Shown here one piece after another: positions 16,461 to 23,978 of a DNA stretch of 57,221 nt. The position numbers and the translations under genes are program-made. This DNA comes from Candidatus Melainabacteria bacterium (GTDB taxonomy: Bacteria > Cyanobacteriota > Vampirovibrionia > LMEP-6097), in the NCBI GenBank assembly GCA_028817775.1, contig JAPPOW010000230.1, positions 1-57,221 on the forward strand. The letters are read 5' to 3'. The notes beneath the pieces are model-generated. The model saw only the letters and a list, made by a program, of their open reading frames with translations, was not told where the DNA came from and ran no database searches. The stretch's first letter is position 1. Each line of letters starts with the position of its first letter.

Positions 16461-17045
16461 ATGAGCTTTAGGAATATAGGCAATGTCGCTATCCTAGGTT
16501 TGGCTGCTCTTGCAGCAGGCGATAGCCCTGAGCAGGTCCCGCAGCCAGCAAGGCAAGATCAAGTAGTTGTCTCTGAAGAGAGAATTTTAGAACTACTTGT
16601 CAAGGCTCAGGCAATTATAGATAGAAGGATAGAACAGAAGCCAATTCAAACTGATGATCTATTGCTTGTTTTTGGACAGCTTTATCAACGTGGTTGTAGG
16701 GATACAGAAGATTTATGCCAGGCTTATTCAATTGCAGAGGAGCTCATATCAGAATTCAATAAGCTAGATAAACAAGAACAAGTCGAGCTCTTGCGTTTTG
16801 TAAATATGAACTTGGATTCTGATCGGCTTTATAGTGAAGAAAAACAATATTTGCAGGAGCACATTTTAGCTTTGATAAATGAGCTAGATCATGGAACAAA
16901 ACTTGAGTTAGATGATTTTATGTTTCTTGCTAGTTTAAGACCCAAAGCTTCAAGCCCGCTTTTGGCAGCTCTACAGGTTTATTTTGGACCAAGCCCAATC
17001 TTGAATAGAAGATTTTTGTTAGCAAGCTTGCATGCTGCAAACTAG
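16461..17045 (+). CDS. Hypothetical protein
   Basis: ORF only. Possible signal peptide (NVAILGLAALAAG). No family recognised. Confidence 0.45.
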   Translation: MSFRNIGNVAILGLAALAAGDSPEQVPQPARQDQVVVSEERILELLVKAQAIIDRRIEQKPIQTDDLLLVFGQLYQRGCRDTEDLCQAYSIAEELISEFNKLDKQEQVELLRFVNMNLDSDRLYSEEKQYLQEHILALINELDHGTKLELDDFMFLASLRPKASSPLLAALQVYFGPSPILNRRFLLASLHAAN

Positions 17046-17189
17046 GTACTGTTCACAAAGTTTGAGAATAAGGCTTGCGAGTATGAAAAAGTATTTAAAT
17101 TAAAGATTTTACTTCGTACACCCGAAGTTTGCTTGTAGCAAATGAGGGCGAGCGTAACGCAGTTATCGGGCTTTGTGAACAGTACCTAG
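17042..17189 (+). repeat. Family-B structured repeat (copy B1, 148 bp) with perfect 19-bp outer inverted repeats
   Basis: CTAGGTACTGTTCACAAAG ... CTTTGTGAACAGTACCTAG enclose the core AAGGCTTGCGAG...CCCGAAGTT-TGCTtgtAGCA-AATGAGGGCGAGCGTAACGCAGTTATCGGG, which is shared with five other loci. Confidence 0.85.
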
Positions 17190-18599
17190 TTATTTAAGAG
17201 AAACTGTTTTGATATAGTCACCAACCAGTTCTCTATTCCAATAGGCACCCGTTTCTTTGCGCTCTTGAGGACTAGTGAAAGTGTAGAGATAGTATTTAGC
17301 TCTAATAAATTTAGGAGCTTGCTCTGGGAAGGGATTATATTTGAGTAGTTTGAGAACATCCTGATTAGCCTGCAGTAATTTTTCTATTAGTGGGATAAAC
17401 CAATGACTTTGCTGTTCTCTGCCAAATGCAGCAAACCACATCAACCAATCAAGTCTCAGGTGATAAGGCGCGTACTGAGCAGGCATTGCTTTGGGGTCTC
17501 CTGGTTTGCCCTTGAACTGGTATTCTTGCCAAGTTTTTTGATCATTACTTCCTTCAATGACAATCTCAAAACGTTTTTTGGTAACTGAACCAAAAGCACC
17601 ATAAGTGTTGACAAGATGCAGCGGATCAAAACTAGCGTTCATTTTTTGTCCTGGTGAAATCATGTTCATGATTGGTTTATAGCTAAGTACTAAGATTAGC
17701 AGCGAAATAATTAAACTAGTCATTTGATAACTAGTTGGGCTTATAAGGCTGGCTGGAATTTCAATTGGAATTAATCTACGCAAGAAATTATTAGAGAGCC
17801 CAGAGACTGCAAGTAAAATAGCTGACCAATTTAACCAAGAAAAATTTCCACTAAGTACTAGCCAGGATTGGGAGCCAATGATTAAGCTAGCTGCAATTGT
17901 TGGTAGCGGCTGTGGCAGAAATAAGCCCCAGGGTACTATCAATTGAAAGAAATGATTACCAGCAACTTCGCAGCGGTGTATCCAAGTTGGTAGGTTGTGA
18001 AAGTGCCAGGAGAGTGGGTTTGGCATCGGTTGGGTTTCATGGTGATAATCTAGGCAAGTGAGATCTCGCCAGCATTCGTCGCCGCGCATTTTGATTAAGC
18101 CAGCACCAAATTCTAATTTGAATAAAATCAATCTCAGTAAGAATATAATTACTATAGGCACTAGAGTTTTGCTGGAACCAAGAAAGATAGCAAGAAAACC
18201 AATCTCAAGTAATAATGATTCCCAACCAAAACCATAGAAAGTTTGTCCAACATTCATTATTGAAAGATAGAGTAGCCAGGGGATAAACCAGATCAGGGCT
18301 GAGCCCCACCAGGGCAATTTGTCTGCTAGACCTAAGACAAGGGCAATTGAAACAATGAGTCCAATCCAGCTGATTAGGGCAAAGAAGCTATCGGAATAAT
18401 GGAAGTGAAAAATACTAGGAGCTTGCCAAAATTTGACATAAGTCAAAAATCTAGGTACCGGTAGTAGTCCATTGCTGCCAATCAAGCCCTTGAATTGATT
18501 GATTGTAACCAAAAATCCAATAGAGTAGATTAGTGCAAGTCCTCTCTGGATGACTAATCTAGCTAGGTAAAATTCTTCTGTGAATAACCAGGCTGGCAT
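17190..18599 (-). CDS. Lipase-maturation-factor (LMF1)-family polytopic membrane protein
   Basis: Many TM helices. FYGFGWESLLLEIGFLAIF resembles the LMF signature W(D/E)xLLLExGFLA. Conserved C-terminal soluble part (YHLRLDWLMWF). Confidence 0.6.
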   Translation of the reverse strand: MPAWLFTEEFYLARLVIQRGLALIYSIGFLVTINQFKGLIGSNGLLPVPRFLTYVKFWQAPSIFHFHYSDSFFALISWIGLIVSIALVLGLADKLPWWGSALIWFIPWLLYLSIMNVGQTFYGFGWESLLLEIGFLAIFLGSSKTLVPIVIIFLLRLILFKLEFGAGLIKMRGDECWRDLTCLDYHHETQPMPNPLSWHFHNLPTWIHRCEVAGNHFFQLIVPWGLFLPQPLPTIAASLIIGSQSWLVLSGNFSWLNWSAILLAVSGLSNNFLRRLIPIEIPASLISPTSYQMTSLIISLLILVLSYKPIMNMISPGQKMNASFDPLHLVNTYGAFGSVTKKRFEIVIEGSNDQKTWQEYQFKGKPGDPKAMPAQYAPYHLRLDWLMWFAAFGREQQSHWFIPLIEKLLQANQDVLKLLKYNPFPEQAPKFIRAKYYLYTFTSPQERKETGAYWNRELVGDYIKTVSLK

Positions 18600-18617
18600 A
18601 CTTTATAATTATAGACC

Positions 18618-19568
18618 TTGTCTCAGCATTACTACAGCCTCAAAGATTACCTTGCCAAGCGCTTTGGCGGCAGAGTGCAGCGTGTCACTTTAGAAGGTGG
18701 ATTTACTTGTCCCAATATTGATGGTTCTAAATCTGTAGGAGGTTGTACTTTCTGTACTGATGATGGCTCATCATCGGGCGCGCAGAATGCAGCGCATACT
18801 ATTAGGCAACAAATGAAAGAAGGGATAGTTAAGCAGTCCAAACGTTTTGATTGTGAGCAATTCATTGCTTACTTTCAGTCCTTCACTAATACTTATGCTG
18901 ACGTGGATTATTTGAGGACACTCTATGATCAAGCGGTGGATCATCCACAAGTCAAGGTGCTTGCAATTGGTACTAGACCAGATTGTGTGCCTGAAGAAGT
19001 GATTGATTTATTTGAGGAGTACACCGCAAGAGGTCTTGAACTTTGGGTAGATATTGGTGTGCAGACTAGTCACAACTCTACATTAGAAAAAATCAATCGT
19101 GCACATAGTTGGGAAGATTTTACCGATGCCGCCCAGAGACTTGCTCGCCGTAATAATCCATTACTAAGAATTTGTACTCATGTGATTATTGGTTTACCTG
19201 GTGAGACCCCAGAAATGATTATAGAGACTGCTGATAAACTAGCAGCTAGTCCAATCCATGATATTAAAATTCATCAGCTCTGTGTTTTCAAGGGCACACC
19301 GATGGAGATTGATTACCTCAATGGTGAATTAGAAATTTATAAAACTGCAGAGGATTATATTCCAATCTTGGCTGAATTTATTTCTCGCTTGCGCCCTGAT
19401 ATTGCCATCCAGAGAGTGATGGGAGAGGGCAAAGTAGGTGAGATGGTAGTACCAGCCTGGGCTGACCACGGCATGAAGAACAAGTTTCTTGATAAGTTTT
19501 ATAACTACCTAGAAGAAAATCAAATTCAACAAGGTTCTAACCTAAAAAGCCACCAGGTATATTCGTAA
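18618..19568 (+). CDS. Radical SAM protein, TIGR01212/YhcC-like family
   Basis: GGFTCPNIDGSKSVGGCTFC is the atypical cluster motif of this family. N-terminus Y..L.DYL..RFGGRVQRV and the downstream TIM-barrel pattern fit. TTG start. Confidence 0.75.
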   Translation: MSQHYYSLKDYLAKRFGGRVQRVTLEGGFTCPNIDGSKSVGGCTFCTDDGSSSGAQNAAHTIRQQMKEGIVKQSKRFDCEQFIAYFQSFTNTYADVDYLRTLYDQAVDHPQVKVLAIGTRPDCVPEEVIDLFEEYTARGLELWVDIGVQTSHNSTLEKINRAHSWEDFTDAAQRLARRNNPLLRICTHVIIGLPGETPEMIIETADKLAASPIHDIKIHQLCVFKGTPMEIDYLNGELEIYKTAEDYIPILAEFISRLRPDIAIQRVMGEGKVGEMVVPAWADHGMKNKFLDKFYNYLEENQIQQGSNLKSHQVYS

Positions 19569-20307
19569 CAATATCTGGGAATTGGAAATGATACTGCTCT
19601 TCAAATTTCTTGAGCAAAGGCTCTAGCCTCGGGTAATTTGGTTTACCATCACCTTTGTAACCCGCTATAAGAATGGCATGTAGTAGTTTGATAGGGTGCT
19701 TGATCCTCTCAAAAATATCTTGGTCTAAACTATAATCAACGGAGGTGGCGAACTCCAATAGAGCAGCCTCTTCTGCAAAGCGGTCATCTCCTAGACTTGA
19801 TTCTTGTTCAATAGCATCTAAGACTTTGTCTGCAGCGATCCTGCGACCAGTGAGTAGAGCATAGATTTGTGCAAGGAAATGCTGTTGCATGTCATCTTCT
19901 TCTATATCATGTGGTTGGAATCTATCGAGTAATTGACGTAGCAGTGGAGCTTTGGTCTCAAAGCTTTGAAAGCTAGTCTTGATTAGTTTGATATCGTCTG
20001 GTGATTGGCGAGCAATAAATGCTCCAATGTCCTTATTGTCCTGCTGCAAGCCAGAGAGCTTGGGCGAGGTGAACTGGGTTAACAGGGCTCGCGCTCGTTT
20101 GAGACATTGTCTGGAATCAATACTTGTGAGAATGTCCTCATAACGATCTAGTTGAGCTTTGTGCAAATCTGCCAAGTCTGAACGTTCTAGCTTTGGTTCG
20201 ATCAGGTCGCGCCGTCTCTCCTCCGGTATTAAATGGTGGACTTCGCGTTGCCATTCCTCTAGGGCAGCCAGTCTGTTAACGAGTTTTGTTAAAACGTGGG
20301 TATTCAA
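19537..20307 (-). CDS. Hypothetical protein
   Basis: ORF only. Helical and charged, no signal peptide. No family recognised. Overlaps the convergent radical SAM gene end by 32 nt. Confidence 0.45.
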   Translation of the reverse strand: MNTHVLTKLVNRLAALEEWQREVHHLIPEERRRDLIEPKLERSDLADLHKAQLDRYEDILTSIDSRQCLKRARALLTQFTSPKLSGLQQDNKDIGAFIARQSPDDIKLIKTSFQSFETKAPLLRQLLDRFQPHDIEEDDMQQHFLAQIYALLTGRRIAADKVLDAIEQESSLGDDRFAEEAALLEFATSVDYSLDQDIFERIKHPIKLLHAILIAGYKGDGKPNYPRLEPLLKKFEEQYHFQFPDIVTNIPGGFLG

Positions 20308-20373
20308 TCTCTTAACTCCTTTGTTAATAATAAGTGAAAGCTTAAGCGATTATAGAGGGGCTGAAAATAAAAG

Positions 20374-21360
20374 TCAAGCTGATTTTGGACCAGACCACAT
20401 TTTTTTGCGGCTGCTGATCTCAATCATCTGATCAATAGTGTCTTTGGCGGGTTCTAGCATTGTATCTGGAATTGTGATCTCAGTGAATTCTTGATCGAGA
20501 GCTTGGTAGAGGTTCTCCAATGAATGGTATTTCATATTTGGACAAAGTGGTAGCGGGAATACAGTAAGGATCTCCTTGTCGCGGAAATCAGCTTGCATGC
20601 GGGCAACCAAACCTTGCTCAGAGAGAATGATAAATTTCTTACCAGCAGATTCTTCAACGAATTTATATATCTGAGAAGTGCTGCCGACAAAATCAGCTCG
20701 GCGCCAAACTTCTGGATCACACTCAGGGTGAGCAATAATGATTGCTTCTGGATGTACTATGCGCTGACGATCAACTTCCTCTGCTGTAATCTGCCAGTGG
20801 GTTGGACAGAAGCCATCGTAGATATGAATTTTTTTCTCAGGTACTTTGTATTGAACCCAAGCGCCGAGACCCTTGTCTGGGACAAAGATTACTTCTTCAC
20901 TATCTAGCGAACGTACTATGTCGACTGCGTTAGTTGAAGTGCAGCAGATATCAGACTCTGCCTTGATTGCAGCAGAGCTATTGACATAGCAAACTACTGG
21001 CGCGCCTGGATGTTCAGCTTTGAATTTGCGCAGGTCTTCAATGTTGATCATGTCTGCCATGGGGCAGCCAGATTGGATATCTGGTAGTAGAACTTTTTTC
21101 TCTGGGCTAAGTAGTTTGGCAGTTTCTGCCATAAAGTGCACACCACAGAAGACGATAATATCAGCGTCAGTTTCCTGAGCTTGTTTTGAGAGCATCAACG
21201 AGTCTCCCACGAAGTCTGCTACTCGCTGGACTTCTAGTCTTTGGTAAATATGGGTTAGTATGACGGCGTTTTTGGTCTTGGCTAGATCTTTGATTTTGGC
21301 AAAGAGCTCAAGTTTTTCGGCGGTTCTGTCTACAACCGATTGTGCCATTAAGGTTGACAT
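20374..21360 (-). CDS. nadA: Quinolinate synthase
   Basis: ILTHIYQ, DFVGDSL, FCGVHFMAETAK, SGCPMADM, VCYVNSSA, CCTSTNA, FVPDKGLG, HPEC, ILSEQGL: full NadA pattern. Confidence 0.93.
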   Translation of the reverse strand: MSTLMAQSVVDRTAEKLELFAKIKDLAKTKNAVILTHIYQRLEVQRVADFVGDSLMLSKQAQETDADIIVFCGVHFMAETAKLLSPEKKVLLPDIQSGCPMADMINIEDLRKFKAEHPGAPVVCYVNSSAAIKAESDICCTSTNAVDIVRSLDSEEVIFVPDKGLGAWVQYKVPEKKIHIYDGFCPTHWQITAEEVDRQRIVHPEAIIIAHPECDPEVWRRADFVGSTSQIYKFVEESAGKKFIILSEQGLVARMQADFRDKEILTVFPLPLCPNMKYHSLENLYQALDQEFTEITIPDTMLEPAKDTIDQMIEISSRKKMWSGPKSA

Positions 21361-21380
21361 GACGGATTATTATAGCAATT

Positions 21381-21477
21381 TTAGCCACCCATGCCTTAAC
21401 CTTTACCATTTTTCAGGATAATTGCATAGTTTGGAATTATCTCAAAAAGTGGTAAAGGTTAAGGCATGGGTGGCTAA
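21381..21477. repeat. 97-bp palindromic element (28-bp perfect outer stem plus inner hairpin), 20 bp upstream of nadA
   Basis: TTAGCCACCCATGCCTTAACCTTTACCA (21381-21408) is the exact reverse complement of 21450-21477. The loop holds an inner hairpin (GATAATT...AATTATC). Single copy in this window. Confidence 0.8.
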
Positions 21478-21549
21478 ACGTTAAGTAAATATATAATCGA
21501 GGCCTGGCAAGAGGCTCTTTGCTAGAATTATCTCCCTCGAGGTCAAATT

Positions 21550-21732
21550 ATGGCAGTACCAAAGAAAAATCATTCGCACCAAAGACAGCACAAAAGAAGA
21601 GCTAATTGGAAAGGCAAATTAGTAGAAGTAACTAATTGTTCTAATTGTGGTGCCCTCAAAAGACCTCACCACGTTTGCGGCGAGTGTGGATTTTATAACG
21701 GTCGCAAATTCAAAGACACTGACGCAGAATAG
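21550..21732 (+). CDS. rpmF: 50S ribosomal protein L32
   Basis: MAVPKKNHSHQRQHKRRANWK...CSNCGALKRPHHVCGECGFYNGR: typical L32 with a zinc-ribbon Cys pair. Confidence 0.93.
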   Translation: MAVPKKNHSHQRQHKRRANWKGKLVEVTNCSNCGALKRPHHVCGECGFYNGRKFKDTDAE

Positions 21733-21841
21733 CTCTAAAATAACCCAATAGCTTTGTTCTGTGAGTCCTCATTGGCTTCAGCCAACTTCGGACACGCCCT
21801 TTGGGCTTCACATGCCTCGCTCTTGGGCATTTTAGAACTAT
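21728..21841 (-). repeat. Family-B structured repeat (B2, reverse orientation) directly after rpmF
   Basis: Reverse complement reads ...CAAGAGCGAGGCATGTGAAGCCCAAAGGGCGTGTCCGAAGTTGGCTGAAGCCAATGAGGACTCACAGAACAAAGCTATTGGG. Copy-specific outer stem AATAGCTCTAAAAT / ATTTTAGAACTATT (1 mismatch). Confidence 0.8.
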
Positions 21842-21860
21842 TCTATAATCACAACAGTCA

Positions 21861-22778
21861 GTGCTCCGCTATATCTCTCTAAAATTAATATCAATTTGTT
21901 TGACCTTGTTTCTCTTGGTCTCTGCTAGTTTTTTTATGCTGCGCACTTTGCCTGGTAGCCCCTTTGAAGAAGGTAAGCGACTCTCACCAGAAATAATTCT
22001 CAAACTAGAAAAAAAATATGGGCTCGATAAGCCATTATTAGAGCAGTACCAATCCTATATTACTGGCTTAGTTAGGCGTGGCGATCTTGGTCCTAGCCTC
22101 AAGTATCCCAACCGTGATGTCGGTGATATTCTAGCTGACGCAATTCCAGTTTCATTAGGTTTGGGTTTGATTGCTTTGATACTGGCTCTGGTTTTGGGAA
22201 TGACTTTGGGCATCACTGCAGCACTCAAGCCAGATCACTGGCTCTCCAATTTTGCTTATTTGTTTTCAAGTCTGGGGATGTCGATTCCTGGATTTGTCTT
22301 TGCAGCAATTTTGATTAGTATCTTTGCACTCAAACTTAAATTACTGCCAGTTGCTTTACTTGAAGGACCTGAGTATTTCATTTTGCCTGCTTGCACCCTT
22401 GCTATTGCGCCAAGCTCTTATATCGCACGAATCACTCGCTCCTCAATGCTTGAAACTCTTGGGCGCGAGCATATCAAAACCGCTCTAGCCAAGGGGCTTA
22501 GTTACTACGATATTGTTTTGAAACATGGTTTGTGGAATGCATTGCTGCCGATAATTACAGTGCTTGGTCCAATTGCTGCAATTTTGGTTACCGGTTCATT
22601 TGTAGTTGAGTATATATTTGCCCTGCCTGGCATGGGTAAGTATTTTGTCACAGCATTTACTAACCGGGATTATTTTTTAGTTTCTGGGGTGATAATAGTA
22701 TTTGCTGTGATCTTACTGCTGATCAATACTTTGGTAGATTTAGTTATTAAAATTATTGATCCGAAATCGTCATCCTGA
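21861..22778 (+). CDS. ABC transporter permease, oligopeptide/dipeptide (OppB/DppB) type
   Basis: N-terminus MLRYISLKL...LPGSPFE, six TM segments and an EAA-like loop (SSMLETLGREHIKTALAKGLS). GTG start. The stop codon TGA lies inside a family-A repeat. Confidence 0.85.
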   Translation: MLRYISLKLISICLTLFLLVSASFFMLRTLPGSPFEEGKRLSPEIILKLEKKYGLDKPLLEQYQSYITGLVRRGDLGPSLKYPNRDVGDILADAIPVSLGLGLIALILALVLGMTLGITAALKPDHWLSNFAYLFSSLGMSIPGFVFAAILISIFALKLKLLPVALLEGPEYFILPACTLAIAPSSYIARITRSSMLETLGREHIKTALAKGLSYYDIVLKHGLWNALLPIITVLGPIAAILVTGSFVVEYIFALPGMGKYFVTAFTNRDYFLVSGVIIVFAVILLLINTLVDLVIKIIDPKSSS

Positions 22779-22820
22779 TCCTGGCGCGTTCGCTCAGGAC
22801 AGGCTTCCTCTGGATGACAG
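22769..22820 (+). repeat. Family-A-related hairpin (A5), extended/degenerate
   Basis: CGTCATCCTGA-TCCTGGCGCGTTCGC-TCAGGAC, then ...TCTGGATGAC pairs back to GTCATCC(T/A)GA. Confidence 0.6.
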
Positions 22821-22824
22821 TGGG

Positions 22825-23355
22825 TTACCTTCTACGAAGAAAACTTGAAGAACCGAGTGAGCCACCACGACGGTTACCTGTTGCACTATTAGAACCTAGA
22901 CCACTATTACGTCTGCTGGCACCAAAGAAGCTTCTTGAGCCAAGTGCACCATTGCGTCCACCTCTTCTGGCACTAGTTGAACCTAAACTGCCATTGCGTC
23001 CGCCTCTTCTTGCGCTACTTGAACCCAAGCCAGCATTGCGTCTTGAAAGTCCAGAGGAGCCAAGACTATTACGGCTATCATTACGATGAGTTAAGTTGGT
23101 GAGACTGTTACGAGTGTCGTTGCGATGAGTCAGGGTGGTGAGACTATTGCGTGTATCGTTGCGGTGTGTGAGTGTAGTTAAACTGTTACGAGTATCATTT
23201 TTAGATCTGATTCTACTGAGATTATTGCGCAATGCGCCTGCTCTATTGGAGAGACTTGATCTGCGAGAGCCAGAAGCGTAGCTATTACGGCTGCGTCCAC
23301 GACTACTAGAGCCGATGCCTTCATTATTGCTTCCACGTATTCCTCTTGCGACCAT
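22825..23355 (-). CDS. Arg/Ser/Gly/Asn-rich repetitive (RGG-like) hypothetical protein
   Basis: 176-aa ORF with NDTRNSLTTLTHR x3 and GSLGSTSARRGGRNG x2. No clear SD. The mirror plus-strand ORF is also open, so coding status is uncertain. Confidence 0.4.
   Translation of the reverse strand: MVARGIRGSNNEGIGSSSRGRSRNSYASGSRRSSLSNRAGALRNNLSRIRSKNDTRNSLTTLTHRNDTRNSLTTLTHRNDTRNSLTNLTHRNDSRNSLGSSGLSRRNAGLGSSSARRGGRNGSLGSTSARRGGRNGALGSRSFFGASRRNSGLGSNSATGNRRGGSLGSSSFLRRR
22949..23195. repeat. Two adjacent imperfect tandem-repeat arrays (42 bp x2-3 at 22949-23050; 39 bp x3 at 23079-23195) inside the RGG-like ORF
   Basis: Read directly. Units CCATTGCGTCC(A/G)CCTCTTCT... and CGTTGCG(A/G)TG(A/T)GT...GAGACT(A/G)TT(G/A)CG(T/A)GT(A/G)T. 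Confidence 0.75.
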
Positions 23356-23401
23356 TAATTGAATTGAAACATGGCTAAGTTAAGACTAGGTAAAGAAACT
23401 T

Positions 23402-23520
23402 AGATTTATTACGAAAGACACAAGAGCAAGGCTTGCGAGCCCCGAAGGGGTTTAGTCGAAGTTTATTTACATAAATGAGACCTCGCGTAACGCAGCTATT
23501 GGGTTTTTCGTGATGAATCT
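23402..23520 (+). repeat. Family-B structured repeat (B3)
   Basis: ...CAAGAGCAAGGCTTGCGAGCCCCGAAGGGGTTTAGTCGAAGTTTATTTACATAAATGAGACCTCGCGTAACGCAGCTATTGGG... with imperfect outer stem AGATTTATTACGAAAGA / TTTTTCGTGATGAATCT. Confidence 0.8.
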
Positions 23521-23537
23521 TGTTATATAATTAGCTT

Positions 23538-23978
23538 ATGAACCCCAAATTTGCCCCAAAAGTCATGGCTTATTTACTCATTTTGCGCTGGACTTTATCG
23601 CTTATTTTCTTTGTTATGGGGGCACCAAAACTCTTCGATGCTAATTTTGGGGCAAGTGCAGATATTTACTTCGCTAGTTTGCGTGACGATATCATTCTTT
23701 CGCCTTATACCGGCTTCTTTAATAAGGTAGTGATTCCTAATGCTTTCATCTTTGCAAGTTTAGTGAAGTATGCAGAGCTTGCAATCGCTGGAGCCTTTTT
23801 TATTGGATTCCCTATGCGCTTAGCTGTTTTTGCAGCGACTTTCTTGCATATCAATTATATTTGCATTGCTAGTTTCCCGAGCTTACTTTATTTGAATGTT
23901 CTAATGATAGTTTGTGAATGGGTTTGCCTTGCTGCAGTGGAAGCGTCAGTGAATAATACTACTCCAGTTGCCAAATGA
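23538..23978 (+). CDS. DoxX-like small integral membrane protein
   Basis: Four hydrophobic segments. LRWTLSLIFFVMGAPKL and YAELAIAGAFFIGFPMRLA resemble the DoxX pattern. The stop overlaps the next gene's ATG (ATGA). Confidence 0.4.
   Translation: MNPKFAPKVMAYLLILRWTLSLIFFVMGAPKLFDANFGASADIYFASLRDDIILSPYTGFFNKVVIPNAFIFASLVKYAELAIAGAFFIGFPMRLAVFAATFLHINYICIASFPSLLYLNVLMIVCEWVCLAAVEASVNNTTPVAK

Noticed and set aside
17042-17189. Idea that family B encodes a hammerhead-type self-cleaving ribozyme, because of the GAAGTT...hairpin...AATGAGG blocks
   Set aside because: In hammerheads the CUGAUGA box precedes stem II and GAAA follows it. Here the order is reversed on both strands and the boxes do not match. 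I recognised no other ribozyme consensus.
22814-23089. Leu/Pro-rich 91-aa plus-strand ORF over the tandem repeats
   Set aside because: Its ATG is the CAT/ATG of a family-A half-element (CTGGATGACAG). It is shorter than, and mirrors, the minus-strand repetitive ORF. Neither strand is proven, so I kept only the longer one at low confidence.
22949-23195. Possible CRISPR array, because of the regularly spaced repeats
   Set aside because: The units are directly adjacent tandem repeats (39 and 42 bp) without unique spacers. They keep an open reading frame, and no cas genes are present in the window.
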